A DNA stretch of 64,000 bases, taken from assembly GCF_006345805.1 (NCBI RefSeq), contig NC_042997.1, forward strand, positions 91,202,001 through 91,266,000, read 5' to 3'. Shown here one piece after another: positions 12,929-25,400 of the stretch (positions are counted from its first letter, which is position 1; every line of letters starts with the position of its first letter). Below the pieces are notes generated by a model. It was given only the letters and a program-made list of their open reading frames with translations. It searched no databases and had not been told where the DNA came from. The DNA is from Octopus sinensis (taxonomy: Eukaryota). A program made the position numbers and the translations under genes.

Positions 12929-14366
12929 TCATCATCATCATCACCATTTAGCGTCCGCTTTCCATGCTAGCATGGGTTGGACGGTTCAACTGGGGTCTGT
13001 GAAGCCAGAAGGATGCATCAGGCCCAGTCTGATCTGGCAGTGTTTCTACGGCTGGATGCCCTTCCTAACGCCAACCACTCCGTGAGTGTAGTGGGTGCTT
13101 TTTACATGCCACCCGCACAGGTGCCAGACGGAGCTGGCAAACGGCCACGAACGGATGGTGCTTTTACGTGCCACCGGCACAGGGGCCAGGCGAGGCTGGC
13201 AACGGACATGAGCGGATGGTGCCTTTACGTGCCGCTGGCAATGGACATGAGCGGATGGTGCCTTTACGTGCCACCGGCACGGGGCCAGGCCAGGCTGTAA
13301 CGGACACGAACGGATGGTGCTTTTTACGTGCCACCGGCACTAGGCCAGTCGGGGCAGCGCTGGCAATGGTCATGAACGGAAGGTTCTCTTACGTGCCACC
13401 GGCACTGGTAACTCAGCTGCAATTTCCATTGATCGATTTCGATTCTGATCCTCAGTTGCCTCAACAGGTCTTCACAAGTAGAGTTTTGTGTCCCAAGAAG
13501 GGATGGTATGCGTACTTAGGCTGGCTCCATCCCATGTAGAAGGCCACGGGTTATGGTCTCACTTGTCCTGCTGGGTCTTCTTGCGCACAGCATACTTCCA
13601 GAGGTCTCGGTCTCAAGTCATTTCCTCAGTGAGACCTAAAGTCTGAAGGTCGTGCTTCACCACCTCGTCCCAGGTTTTCCTGGGTCTGCCTCTTCCACCG
13701 GTTCCCTCAACCGCTAGGGTGTGGCACTTTTTCACACAACTATCTTCATCCATTCTCGCCACATGCCCATACCAGCGCAAACGTCTCTCTTGCACACCAC
13801 AACTGATGCTTCTTAGGTCCAGCTTTTCTCTCAAGGTACTTACACTCTGTCGAGTATGAGTACTGACATTACACATCCATCGGAGCATACTGGCTTCATT
13901 TCTTGCGAGCTTACGCATATCCTCAGCAGCCACGGCCCATGTTTCACTGCCATGTAGCATGGCTGTTCGTACACACGCATCATACAGTCTGCCTTTTACT
14001 CTGTGCGAGAGGCCTTTTGTCACCAGCAGAGGTAAGAGCTCTCTGAACTTTGCCCAAGCTATTCTTACTCTAGCAGTTACACTTTCAGCACACCCGCCCC
14101 CGCTGCTGACTTGGTCACCTAGGTAACGGAAGCTATCAACTATTTCTAGTTTTTCTCCCTGGAAAGTGACGGAAGTTGGTCTCAGAGCATTTTCAGTGTT
14201 TATTGTTCCTGAGTATCTGCCACATACAAAAACCATCTTCCTAGTTAGCCTTCCTTTGACATTGCTGCACCTCTTATGTGTCCATAGCTTACACTTGGTG
14301 CATCTTATAGAGTTTCTACCTACACCTTTTCTACAGATTGAGCAGGGCCATCTACCTGAAGGCGTT
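12929..14366 (-). mobile_element. 5'-truncated RTE-clade LINE, relatively young
   Basis: Open 207-aa ORF 13613-14236 (VDSFRYLG...RIAWAKFRELLPLL...RTAMLHGSETW...QERRLRWYGHVARM); (gat)n tail; possible TSD tgt[a/t]aaaagaa at 12918-12928 and 14367-14377; CpGs retained. Confidence 0.95.
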
Positions 14367-14789
14367 TGTTAAAAGAAAATGATTTCACATCAAAATTTGC
14401 GAGAAATTTTGCTTCAATCCAATTAGTGCAATGCATTTATACATAACTAATTTACTTTGCTATTTATTGCATACGAAATACCAAGAAGTAGTATTATCTT
14501 TCTTTACTCTTAAAATACATATTCTTTTCAGCTCATGTTAAAATGCTCGACACCAATTTCACCTACTCATCTACATACCTAGTGCTAGGTGGGGACCATT
14601 TAAATATTTTCTGCAAAATTTCCATATTTGCACTTTCTCCATACCTGGCACTGTCAATTACGATGAGTGTTCCAGTTGATTCAGTCAACAGAACATCCTG
14701 CTCGTGAAATTAATATGCAAGTGGTTGAGAACTCCATAGACATGCATACCCTTAACATAGTTTTCAGAGATTAAGCATGATACAGAGTG

Positions 14790-14950
14790 TGTCAAGGCTG
14801 GTTCTTTGAAATAAGGTACTACACACTTTTTTGCTAGCTGAGTAGACTGAAGCAACATGAAAGTGTTCGGCTGAAGGACACAACACACAGCCAGAAATCA
14901 AACTCATGACTTTACAATCATGAGCCAAATACACTAGCCACATGCCTTCA
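14790..14950 (-). mobile_element. Degraded SINE (CORE/MIR-like) fragment
   Basis: tgaagcaacatgaaagtg...ggacacaac core-like motif with an adjacent tRNA-like head remnant. Confidence 0.5.
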
Positions 14951-17359
14951 CTACACTTTCTCCAAAATTCAAATTTTAAAAATGTAACTGAATGCTGCTA
15001 TTATTGTTCAGCATTCAATTATGTAATAAGGATGGAACCTCGTCAGCCAGGTAGGAGGAAGCAATAGCATAACAAAATGGATGATGCACATTTTGAACTA
15101 CAGAATATATAGTTAGTAATTTAGCACCAGGCACTAAGATATTTTCTGTTCAGTCCATTTATATGGAACTAAGAATATAAATAAAAATACAAAGCTAAAT
15201 AACTAAAAAATGGAATAAATTGGTTGCCAGATTATTTACAGTAGCAAAAATTAAGATTAGGCCAACAAAGAAACTTCAGAAAAAAAGAGGGGGGAAACAA
15301 CTCCAAGAAACTTTAATGATTCCATATCATGTGGGACATTTTGGTAAAAGGTTGATACACAATGGGTTCAAATATAATTAAACTCATGACAAACTAGAAC
15401 TGAGCCAGTAAAAGTCATAACATTCTGAAGATGAGAATATATGTCAATCTGAAATTGCTGTACTCTTAGCTACCTTTAGCAGAATGCATAATACAAAGAC
15501 TTAATCTAAAACTACCCCAACTTACAGGCAGCAGAAGTCATTGAAAGGTCATTAAGTGTCATTAGCCTTGGTCAAGTGTTAGCAGTAAAATAGGTGGTGG
15601 TGATATCATTAGAGTCTGAAACAGTATAAATAATCAAAATACCAATTCTGGCCAGTTAATCTGCTCCCATATATGGAAATGACCAACTGGCTTTTACAAT
15701 AGAACCATAAACTACTTACTCTAATTTTAGTTAATTGGACATTAAGTATGACAACTCAAGTAGACAGACACTATTTACATATAAGCAATACTAAGACATT
15801 GGTGAATAAAAAATTCTTATTAAAGTTGCCAAAAATTTATTGAAAGACATGTCACACTTACTGAGTGGCATTCACACTCAGCGACTAGGCATAATTGCAA
15901 AGTTTTAATTAATGCACATTATCTGAGATGAAAAAAAATTAAAAGCAGTATCTAAATGAATTTAAACCCCTAAGCAACCCAACATGTCAAGACCCACCAC
16001 CTTGTAGAGGTTTGGTCATAAGTGATGTGAGGCAAATTCCTTTCCAAGCTATGTGGTTTCCTTCAGAGCAATTATAATGCAGAGACAAAAGGATTTTATT
16101 GTTTGGCTAAAATTCAATCTGTAATGATTATAAAGAAAAAGAAAGAAAAAATAATGAAAGCACAACACAAAACTGGTTTGAAAAGATTAGATCAATAAGT
16201 GTCAGCTTCAGTGATAAACTTAGCAAGCATCCTTCATATGTGATGATTATCTGAAAGGTTCAGTCAGATTTAATGGAAACAATAATTTGACATGCATATG
16301 AGTGCTTGCTAACACCTTCAACAATGAGCACACTAAAGGGAAGGATAAATCCAACTGTGACGTCTTCTAAATAGGAACTTGTTTACATTAACAAATAGAA
16401 GCTATACTCTGCTTATCTATGAAGATAACATGCTCTCAATATTCATTCCGAAGCTAACTTGTTGGGATGAATCTGCAATGCAGTATTATAATGAATATCT
16501 GCATATTCAAATCTAATGTAAATAAGTCAGTTCAAGATTTGGTCCACTCCTAACAAGTACCTTTCACTAACAACCAATGACTTTCAAATTACACTTGCAT
16601 CTTGTCTTTCCAGCATTCACTGAAATAATCTATTGCCAGTCACTTTCTCAATCAATTGGTACTCAATATTCTATACCTAGCAAAAAGACATTGTTAACTA
16701 ATTACATTGTATCCTTCTTTTACTTCATGGCATCACTTACAAATGGTTGATATAGCCACAACTAGTGCAATACCATTCCTTCATAGTAACACTTCTCTTC
16801 ATGTACACTGAAAACATATTTTTCAAAAGAATTTCATTCCAGAAGTTGACTAAATTTGAAATCAGTAATTGGTATAGATAGCCTTATAGTTGTGCTTATT
16901 TTCTATAATTTTTAAAAAGGGCCACTAATTATTTACGACCAGTATGAAAACTTGGAAATTATTTTCTAGGTGAGATTTGAAGTTATTCTCATCAAAGTAC
17001 AATACATATGAATTCATAATTTATCTTAAGTACTATGATACATGTACAAATGGCAGTGCTCCAGCATGGCTACAACCAACTGGATGAAACTAATAAAATT
17101 TACGAAAGGTGTAGAAGAATACAATTTAGTAAAATACTTTCAATATTTTGTCTTCAACAAATCCTAACTGTGAATTTACAAATAAGGCTGAGCCAAAGTA
17201 TTGAATAAAGATCTCTATACTCTGCACTATGTGATTTTTTTCAATTTCTTAAAAATATTGTTTCTGAAGCAATTTTCAACACAAGGCTTATATAATTATG
17301 ACTGTATCCAGGAGCAGATGCTTCTCTTCTGAAAATGAATGATTCAGATTATCAAGGTA

Positions 17360-17750
17360 CAAGCCTGGATTTGTAGTTAAGAAGTCTGCTTCTCAACAAC
17401 ATTGTTTTGGGGTTTAAATCCCACTGCATGGCATCTTGGGCAAGTATTTACTAGAGTCCAGGGTTGGTCAAAGCCTTGTGAGTGGATTTGGAAGATGGAA
17501 ACTGAAAGCTTACGTATGTATGTGTGTGTATTTGTGTCTCCTTATCTTGACGTTATGCGATAGTTGTAACTGTAAATGAGCATTGCTATCATACAAGCAG
17601 CATCCATTTCTAATCTTTTGTGAAATCATATAAGGCCTTACTTGGAAACAGGTGAAGGTTGATGACAGGAAGTGCATTTGGCTGTAGAAAATGTTTCAAT
17701 GAATTCAGTCTAACATGTGCAAGCATGGTAAAGTGAATGTTAAAACAGCA
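17360..17750 (+). mobile_element. Degraded tRNA-head SINE with RTE-like tail
   Basis: Head gtagttaagaag...ggtttaaatcccactgcatggcatcttgggcaag; tail aagcatggtaaagtgaatgttaaa. Confidence 0.7.
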
Positions 17751-18464
17751 AAGTCCTTTTTAAAACCATCACATCATTGATTATTAGTTAACATTTACCA
17801 TTTCAATAACAGCAATAGACACATGTTAGTACTATGAGAGGAGTTTCAAAGAAGTTAAAATGTAGGAGAGATTGCAGTTCTAGGTTATCATTGCAAACAA
17901 AGATTAGATCATTAAGGTAGAATTAGAGATATTTACAGATCTTTGTGGAATACTCATTGAGTGAGAAACCATTAAAATAGTCAATAATAAAACAGTTCAG
18001 AATATGTATAAGTGGAAGGTCTAGCTACATTTTCACAGTAAATTCAATGAAAGGCTTTGGGAATTTCCCATAACTTGGCATGTCGTCCTTCATATACAAA
18101 CCATGGAAAGAGAATTGTAGCTACTGTTAGGAACAAAACCAAAGACAACTAGGTGCTTGTAAGATTGAGGGGAAAAAAAAAAAAACACCTAGTGGCAAAT
18201 TGTTAGCAATCCTCAAAAGAAAAGTAAAGATAATTTCAGTTAAGAATTTCTCAATTTACCTCACTACATTAGTAAAATGTCAATTAAATATGGGTTTAGT
18301 TTTCTGAATAGAAATTAATGATGTATCACTGAATGATGATTATTGATAGTGTATCATATGAACGATAAGCTTTCATAATTCTAAACTTGGTTCTAGTAGG
18401 GAAAGATAAAAGTTGTACAGAAATAGAATAATTTATATCTGAAGGAAAATGAACTTTGTATTAA

Positions 18465-18670
18465 ATTTTTAGTATTCAAACCAGCCATATCAAGCCCAAA
18501 TATGTTTCTTGTTTCATGTTCAGACTGACCAGATCAGGCCTCTTATACCTACTCTGCAGTGTCAATTTAAAAATAAACAATCCCATCATTGAAATCTCAA
18601 GGCTACAAGATAATGTATGATAAATACAAAACAATGTGAATAAAGAACCACTGCACTTAATGCTAAAGGG
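18465..18670. mobile_element. piggyBac-type MITE (TTAA)
   Basis: TTAA at 18461-18464 and 18671-18674; right TIR ctaaaggg, left degenerate; related to 46858-47078. Confidence 0.65.
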
Positions 18671-18692
18671 TTAACGATGAAAAGTTTACGAG

Positions 18693-18757
<65 letters not shown>

Positions 18758-18956
18758 GACTTTAAAGACAATATTAAGTGAGGTTTGTTTATGCAGAAAA
18801 AATCCGTTTGTGGTAATGATCATAGCTAGATCTGGTTTAGAAAAATGAGACTTTGGAGTTGCATACTTGGAATTAGCGACCAAAAATAATGTTTGTGAAG
18901 AGCTGCACTTAGCAGTGATCTCAAGTTCTCTAATCCTGGAACATTTTATAGATATA

Positions 18957-20700
18957 CTAGCAGTATAGCCCGGCTTTGCTTGGGATTAAGTTAGTATTAT
19001 TAAGCTAATCAAGCTCTTTATTTCAAAGCAAAGCAATGTTGATGTCAAATTTGAGTGAAATCCGTTGAAATTGGTAAACTTTTGGCTGAAATTTTGCAGA
19101 AAATTTGATTGGGAAATTTCATAAGGAATCGGTGTATCGATTTTTCCCACACATCGATTGCTTTTTTTTTTTTCGTTTTTGGAGAACTTAAAGCATTCAA
19201 AGATCCCGTGAGTCCTAAGTAATGCTGGCATCAAGTTTGAACAAAATACATCAAAATTGGTAGACATTGTTGAAAATGGGGTGTAGCCAATTTTAGTGGG
19301 AAGTCCTTTAAGAAATCGGTTTATCGATCTTTTTTATTCTGATTAAATGGAAAACCCCATAAGGAATCAGTTTATTTCTCACCCCAAATAGGACTTAACC
19401 AAACATTATTGATTTAAAAACATCTATATTTATACTTTAAAGTTGGCTTTCATACCCAACCCAGTTCTGCAGAATCAGTGTCATGATGAGAGTGCATGGG
19501 TTGGGAGTTTGATAGGCAGAGGTGATCAGGTTGCATATACCAACCCTTTTGAAAACACCACCCCCATCATGCAACCTCACTTTGCCCATGGGTTGGGAAC
19601 CCTTCCAGCAAGGAAAATAGAACACCCAAAAGGGCCCCCGATCCTCTGTACGAGAAGCGGTTATGTTCAGATCACAACTAAGTATTATATATATATATAT
19701 ATAAACCTATAAATAAGGGCAAACGAAAAAAATTTCTAATGCCAAAAAAGCCGAAATTAGACACATTGTCCATAACCATTATAATTTTTTCACAATAAGC
19801 ACGCTACTCAAAAAAGGTCAACAGAAATTTCTAAAAAATTCCATTATTACCATATCAGACTGATTTCAAGGTTAGCTCGTAAGAACCCTCCCATCGTCAG
19901 TGATAAATGTGGCAAAGAAATAAATGAGATACTTACTCATACCCATAAGTATCTCATTTATTTCTTTGCCACATTTACCACTGACAAAGGGAGGGTTCTT
20001 ACAAGCTAACCCTGAAATCGGTCTGATATGGTAACAATGGAAATTTTTAGAAATTTCTGTCGACCTTTTTTGAATAGCGTGCGCATTGTGAAAAAATTAT
20101 AATGGTTATGGACCATGTCTAATTTCGGCATTAGAAATTTTTTTTGCTTGCCCCCCCCCCCTTTAATCTAGTTTTAGCTCACGAGCTGTGGCCATGCTGG
20201 GGCATAAGTTGTTTATAAATTTAACCTTTAAAGGTATTTTTAATATGCTAGCCATTGATAAAATTTTTTTCGAAAATTTTTTATCCTACATTAAATATAT
20301 ATATATATATGGGAAACACACCCCCACATATACGTACATACACCTATTGCATACATGTTTTTGCACGCCTTAGCCCTTGCTCCTGTCCCACCACCACCAC
20401 CTCCTACCTGAGTAATACCATCAATTGAAGCAAATTTGGCACCCGGATGTAAGTTTTGTAACAGGAATAGAGAAACCTACCTTCTCTCGCAGAGATGTGA
20501 GAGTCAGATATCTCCATTCGAAAACATGAAGTTTCGAAACATTGTTTACAAAATAATAGCTGATCGTTTGTGAAGGAGCGTGTCTACGGTCAACACGTAG
20601 GTCTTTTGCTCTGGTAACCTCTGCTATCCCCCATGTTCATGCATGACCAGCTATATATCACTATGAGTAGAGCAACGAAGAATATCGTTTATATATATTG

Positions 20701-20761
<61 letters not shown>

Positions 20762-21207
20762 CGGTTAACACACATTGCATGCATGTGTTTTGTATGCATA
20801 CATGCTCGTGTGTGTGTGTGTGTGTGTGTGTGACTGAAGCCATTCACACATACATAACACCTGTTTGTCCGTTTTTGTCTGTCAATCACTCACTAAAAAG
20901 AAATTTAAAAAATCTGTTATCTCTCTCTCTCTCCTTCCCTCTTTACACCGTTGCTAGAAGGGGACTTATGTTTTGTAAACAATAATGGCATCACTACAGT
21001 GGATTTCTCCGCTGTGAAAATTGAAGTTATGGCTCAAAATTATTTACCGCTATTTGCAGGTGCCTGGGGGGGGGGATAATTTGATGAAAATACAGCTAGG
21101 GTCGTGACGAATGTCCTAAAATTTGAGCAAAATGCATGCTAATTTGTGGATGTGCATAATCTATATTCACGTACACACACACACATCCTGTCATATATAT
21201 ATACAGA
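18957..21207 (-). mobile_element. Composite non-autonomous Helitron region
   Basis: Minus-strand 3' end hairpin plus CTAG|T at 18957; A|TC 5' end at 21207; internal palindrome and a helicase motif fragment (MHDQLYITMSRAT, ~20600-20690). Confidence 0.6.
19716..20155. repeat. ~440-bp near-perfect palindrome (foldback/MITE-like)
   Basis: Arms gggcaa..aaatttctaatgcc... mirror each other around the loop in gagatactta-ctcataccca-taagtatctc (~19927-19956). Confidence 0.9.
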
Positions 21208-21999
21208 TAAAGACACTGATAATCAACAAAGAATAAGTCACAACTGTATGTTTGTAGAATTAAAGACTAAGCTATATGGAATTAATGGTCTAAGTTCAAC
21301 TGATGTAAATTAGGTCTTTGTAAATTAAGGCAGCAACTGAACTATATTTTAGACATATTGCTAAGTAAAAGGATTCTTAAATAATTAAAATTTGTACAGC
21401 TATGTAATGTGGCATGAGACAAAAATGAATTTTCTGAATTGGTTTGTACTGATGTAAATGATAACTATGATCATCCAAATCTATAACTTTTAAAATGTTA
21501 CAAAGGAATCATCTAAATCAAAACCATAATGCTAGAAAATTTTAGACCAACACTATATCTGGCAAAATACAATGGTTCTTATGAATTTACAACCATCAGG
21601 TTAATTGAAGTATTGCAAATTTTAATTACTAAAGTTGTTTAATTAGTCATGTCACAATCATTTCTCTCTACATTAAGATAAATATATAAAAATTCTAGTT
21701 TAATCATAGTCAAACACTGTTGAATAGTTAGGGCTTAAAATGCTCAATAAAAATAGATTTTTGAAGTTAGTTGAGGCTAAAGAAACAAATAAGAGGAAGA
21801 CAAAAAAGAAAACCCCCCAGAAAAAATTGAATTTCCTTCAATCGCCAAACAATGCTATGAATTTCAACCTCCTGATCAGATGTTTAGAGTTTGAGATCTG
21901 TATGTAATCTCCATTTATCTCCAAAATGATAGAACATGTAGCTTTTTAAATAATCACAAAGACAAACAATTTCTGTGAAATGGTTCAATTTGCATAAAA

Positions 22000-22450
22000 G
22001 GAGTATTACAGCACAGAGACTATATCCATAATGATATTAACATGGTAAAGAGCAATCAACATATAGCTCATATTAGTGTTGACCACAAATTTCTATTCAC
22101 TAGGTTGGAGAAATGCTTTGGCATACAGAAATGGATAAGTCCTGAATATCAAACATTAATCAATGGAAAACAATATGAAAATCAGTATATTTAATGGTAT
22201 GTCATAAGGATATCTTCTGGGACCAATACCTTTCACTAAGTACATACTATTTTCCACTGGAATCATTATTTGGAAGTATAACCTATTATATCATGTTTAT
22301 GCCGAGGGCATGCAATTTGTGTTTACCATTTAGGCCAAGGTAAAGTAATGCACAGGATGCAAGTGATAAAACTATTATTTGTTTATCTGAGATTTAAGAA
22401 TAGATGGCTAACAACCTTAAAAGTAGAGAGAAGTTCCATTTAAGGCAGGA
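22000..22450 (+). mobile_element. Ancient L2/CR1-group RT remnant
   Basis: GMS*GYLLGPIPFTKY resembles GVPQGSVLGPLLF; YHVYAEGMQ resembles YADD. Confidence 0.6.
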
Positions 22451-22649
22451 AACCAGAAAGAACCCAAATAATATACCATCTCTACTCATGTGTGTGTGTC
22501 ACTAATGAAGTAATTTTTCATAGACATGAGAATAAACAGGCATATTACTATGGTATGTTAGTCGGCATCTAAGAAATAAAGGCATGATTAGGAAATTCTT
22601 AAAGCAGGTGACTGAAATATTAGTGCATGTCTTTATTTTATCATGGCTG

Positions 22650-23082
22650 GGCCAAACTAGAGCGTTTGACCCGGTCATAAAAAAAAGTGTAATAGGTGTA
22701 AAACAACTTCCTCTAAACGAATATGACAAAAAAAAAAAAAATGCGCGCTCGCGAAAGGAGAGTGGAGGAGAGGCCTCGGAAAATTCACATCGTGAATTTC
22801 CGAAAGCGTCTGATTCAGGCACAAAAACAAAAAAAGTGTAATAGGTGTAAAACAACTTGCTCTAAATGAATATGACAAAAAATGCGTGCTCGTGGAAGGG
22901 GGTGGGGGAGAGGACTCGGAAAATTCACATCGTGAATGTTCCGAAAGCGTCTGACCCGGGCACAAAAACAACAAAAATAGTGTAATAGGTGTAAAACAAA
23001 TTCCCTGAAGTAGTGAAGAAAATCGCTACCTACTACCTATATATATATATTGTTCCCCTTTAAAAGATGAAGTTGTGGAATA

Positions 23083-23123
<41 letters not shown>

Positions 23124-23931
23124 GTGAGTCTCAGAAATACATTCTCAAACGCATGCTACCACACTGAATTACAGAGCGGATTCATGAAAAAAGATCAAAT
23201 TTTCACATAGTAACCAATGATATGCTGAACATTTATGGCTGTTAAAATTGTAGATTGTCTTTAAAACAAATATTTTAAAGCTTCACAAATGTAAATTACA
23301 CCATTTTCTTTATATGGTGTAAACTACGTTTGTGAAGCTTTAAAATATTTGTTTTGAAGACAATCTACAATTTTAACAGCCATAATGTTTAGCATATCAT
23401 TGGTTACTGTGTGAAAATTTGATCGTTTTCCATGAATCCGCTCTGTAATTCAGTGTGGTAGCATGCGTTTGAGAATGTATTTCTGAGACTCACGGTTCTT
23501 TTTTTTTTTTACAACTTCCACAACTTCATCTTTTAAAGGGGAACAAAGTGTGTGTATATATAGGTAGAGATTTTCTTCACTACTTCACCTATTACGCTAT
23601 CTTTTTTTTGTTTTTGTACCCGGGTCAGACCCGGAACATTCACGATGTAAATTTTCCGAGTCCCCTCCCCCCTTTTGCGAGTGCGCATTTTTTTGGTCAT
23701 ATTCGTTTAGAGCAAGTTGTTTTACACCTATTACACTATTTAAAAAAATTTTTGTGCCAGGGTCAGATCCTCAGACGCTTTCGGAAATTCACGATGTGAA
23801 TTTTCCGAGTCGTCTCCCTCACTCACCCACCCTTTCGCGAGCGCGCATTTTTTTTTGTCATATTCGTTTAGAGGAAGTTACACTATTTTTTTTTTTGCTT
23901 TTCTGGCCGGGTCAAACGCTTTAGTTTGACC
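22650..23931. repeat. ~1.28-kb palindrome with ~145-bp tandem units in each arm (foldback element)
   Basis: Ends g[c/t]caaacta[g/a]agcgtttgacccgg are inverted; centre ttacacca-ttttctttata-tggtgtaa at ~23296-23322; unit aataggtgtaaaacaact...ggaaaattcacatcgtgaa occurs twice plus a partial copy per arm. Confidence 0.92.
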
Positions 23932-24176
23932 GAAAAAATTCAAATCGGACTATGTTAAAACCAAAAACTATTTACATCAAAAAGGTGCTTTTTTTTCTAT
24001 GAAAATACCTATTTTTTACGATTTTTTGACTGCTGTGTCGCCATTTTTCGGTGTATTTCAACCAGAAAAATGTTCATTTAAAGAGAATAACAAGCTACAT
24101 AATGCAAAATTTTTACTTTCAAAAATTCCATTTCTAAAAGGGTCGAAACCCGAGCAACGCCGGGCGATATTGCTAG
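23932..24176 (+). mobile_element. Helitron 3' terminal segment
   Basis: cccgagcaacgccggg hairpin, then tgCTAG|T at 24173-24177. Confidence 0.8.
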
Positions 24177-24329
24177 TATATATATAAAGCCAAAACGATA
24201 AAATATTTCAAAATTTCCGATTTCAATAATCATACTTCTACAATTCTCAGTAAGCCATCGTCAAATTTTAACATCTGCTAGAAGACATAGACCAAAATGC
24301 TTTCTCTAACACCCAGTGTTACTTCTCCA

Positions 24330-24385
<56 letters not shown>

Positions 24386-24691
24386 AAAAATAGCAGTAAG
24401 CAGGTAAAAGATAAAATATTCTTGTTGAATAAGACACTAATTCAAACGAAGTCAAAAATTTAGTAGTGGAAATTATTAATGTTGGGATAGAAAAAATAGT
24501 TATAAACTATATAATTATATTGATTAAATAAGAAAATAAAACAAAAGCAGTGGAAGAATAAAAAGCGAAAAATCTGATAATGGTATAAATTAAAAAAAAA
24601 AAATAGAACGAAAAGGGAAGTAAGAAGGGGCGAATTGGTTACATTTTATATATACTTTAGGTTAGAAAACTAATTTAATTAGTCTTACAGG

Positions 24692-24727
<36 letters not shown>

Positions 24728-24859
24728 CAAAATTATTCAATAAAATAAATCAATAAAAATATTTCTAAAAATACATGTGGAGTAAATTGGGAAGAAAAAA
24801 AAAGAGGTAATGAATAAAACAGTCGTGTTAGTGAATATTGCTATGTCATTTCATATAGT

Positions 24860-25400
24860 AACATGATGGACTGATAAAAGAAAATGTGGTCAAGAAAAGC
24901 CAGTAATAGATGAGATTTGCGAACCAAACAATTTTAGAAAGACGATAGGCGTACACTTAAAGAAGATTGTAGAAACTCTATAGAAAAAGAGAACAATGAA
25001 TATTTAACGCCGGTCTGCTTGCCATTTTAACTTTACAGAATATTTGACGCCGATACATATCACCCTAGCTTTAAGGAGGGGGGGGGGAGAGAAACGGCAA
25101 TACGACTTAACAAGCTGCAGTAATACTATAACGGTTCTTTAATAACAAAGAAGAATCCGCTTGAAGACGAAAAAAATAAAAATAAGATCGTAATATCAAA
25201 TAAATTAATGTATGAAAAAGGAAGAAATGATTACCTTGTTCAACCTTCTCGTGGCTGCCATGTTCGTTTTCGTTCAAGTATGTGTGTAAGTGTGCTTGAT
25301 GCTGCCTCGCTAACTGCGCGTAGGTTAGATAAGATAAGATAACTCCGCCTTGCTAGCAGACAGAACGGTATGGGGAAATCCAGAATTGAAACAGGATTTT
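24860..25400 (-). promoter_or_regulatory. CpG-rich promoter / 5' UTR / proximal intron region of putative UBE2L3
   Basis: CpG density well above the flanking intron; YY1-like AACATGGCAGCC over the ATG and AAAATGGC at ~25021-25028; GC-box-like ctccgcc at ~25344. Confidence 0.55.
25235..25261 (-). CDS. UBE2L3: First coding exon of ubiquitin-conjugating enzyme E2 L3 (UbcH7 orthologue), MAATRRLNK
   Basis: ATGGCAGCCACGAGAAGGTTGAACAAG|GTAATC; peptide resembles the human UBE2L3 N-terminus MAASRRLMK, and I recall the same phase-0 intron after codon 9; good Kozak context (aacATGG); lies in a CpG-rich zone; only 9 codons, later exons not found. Confidence 0.7.

Noticed and set aside
22660-23000. Regularly spaced repeats suggesting a CRISPR array
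   Set aside because: Whole ~145-bp units repeat with no unique spacers; eukaryotic context; no cas genes
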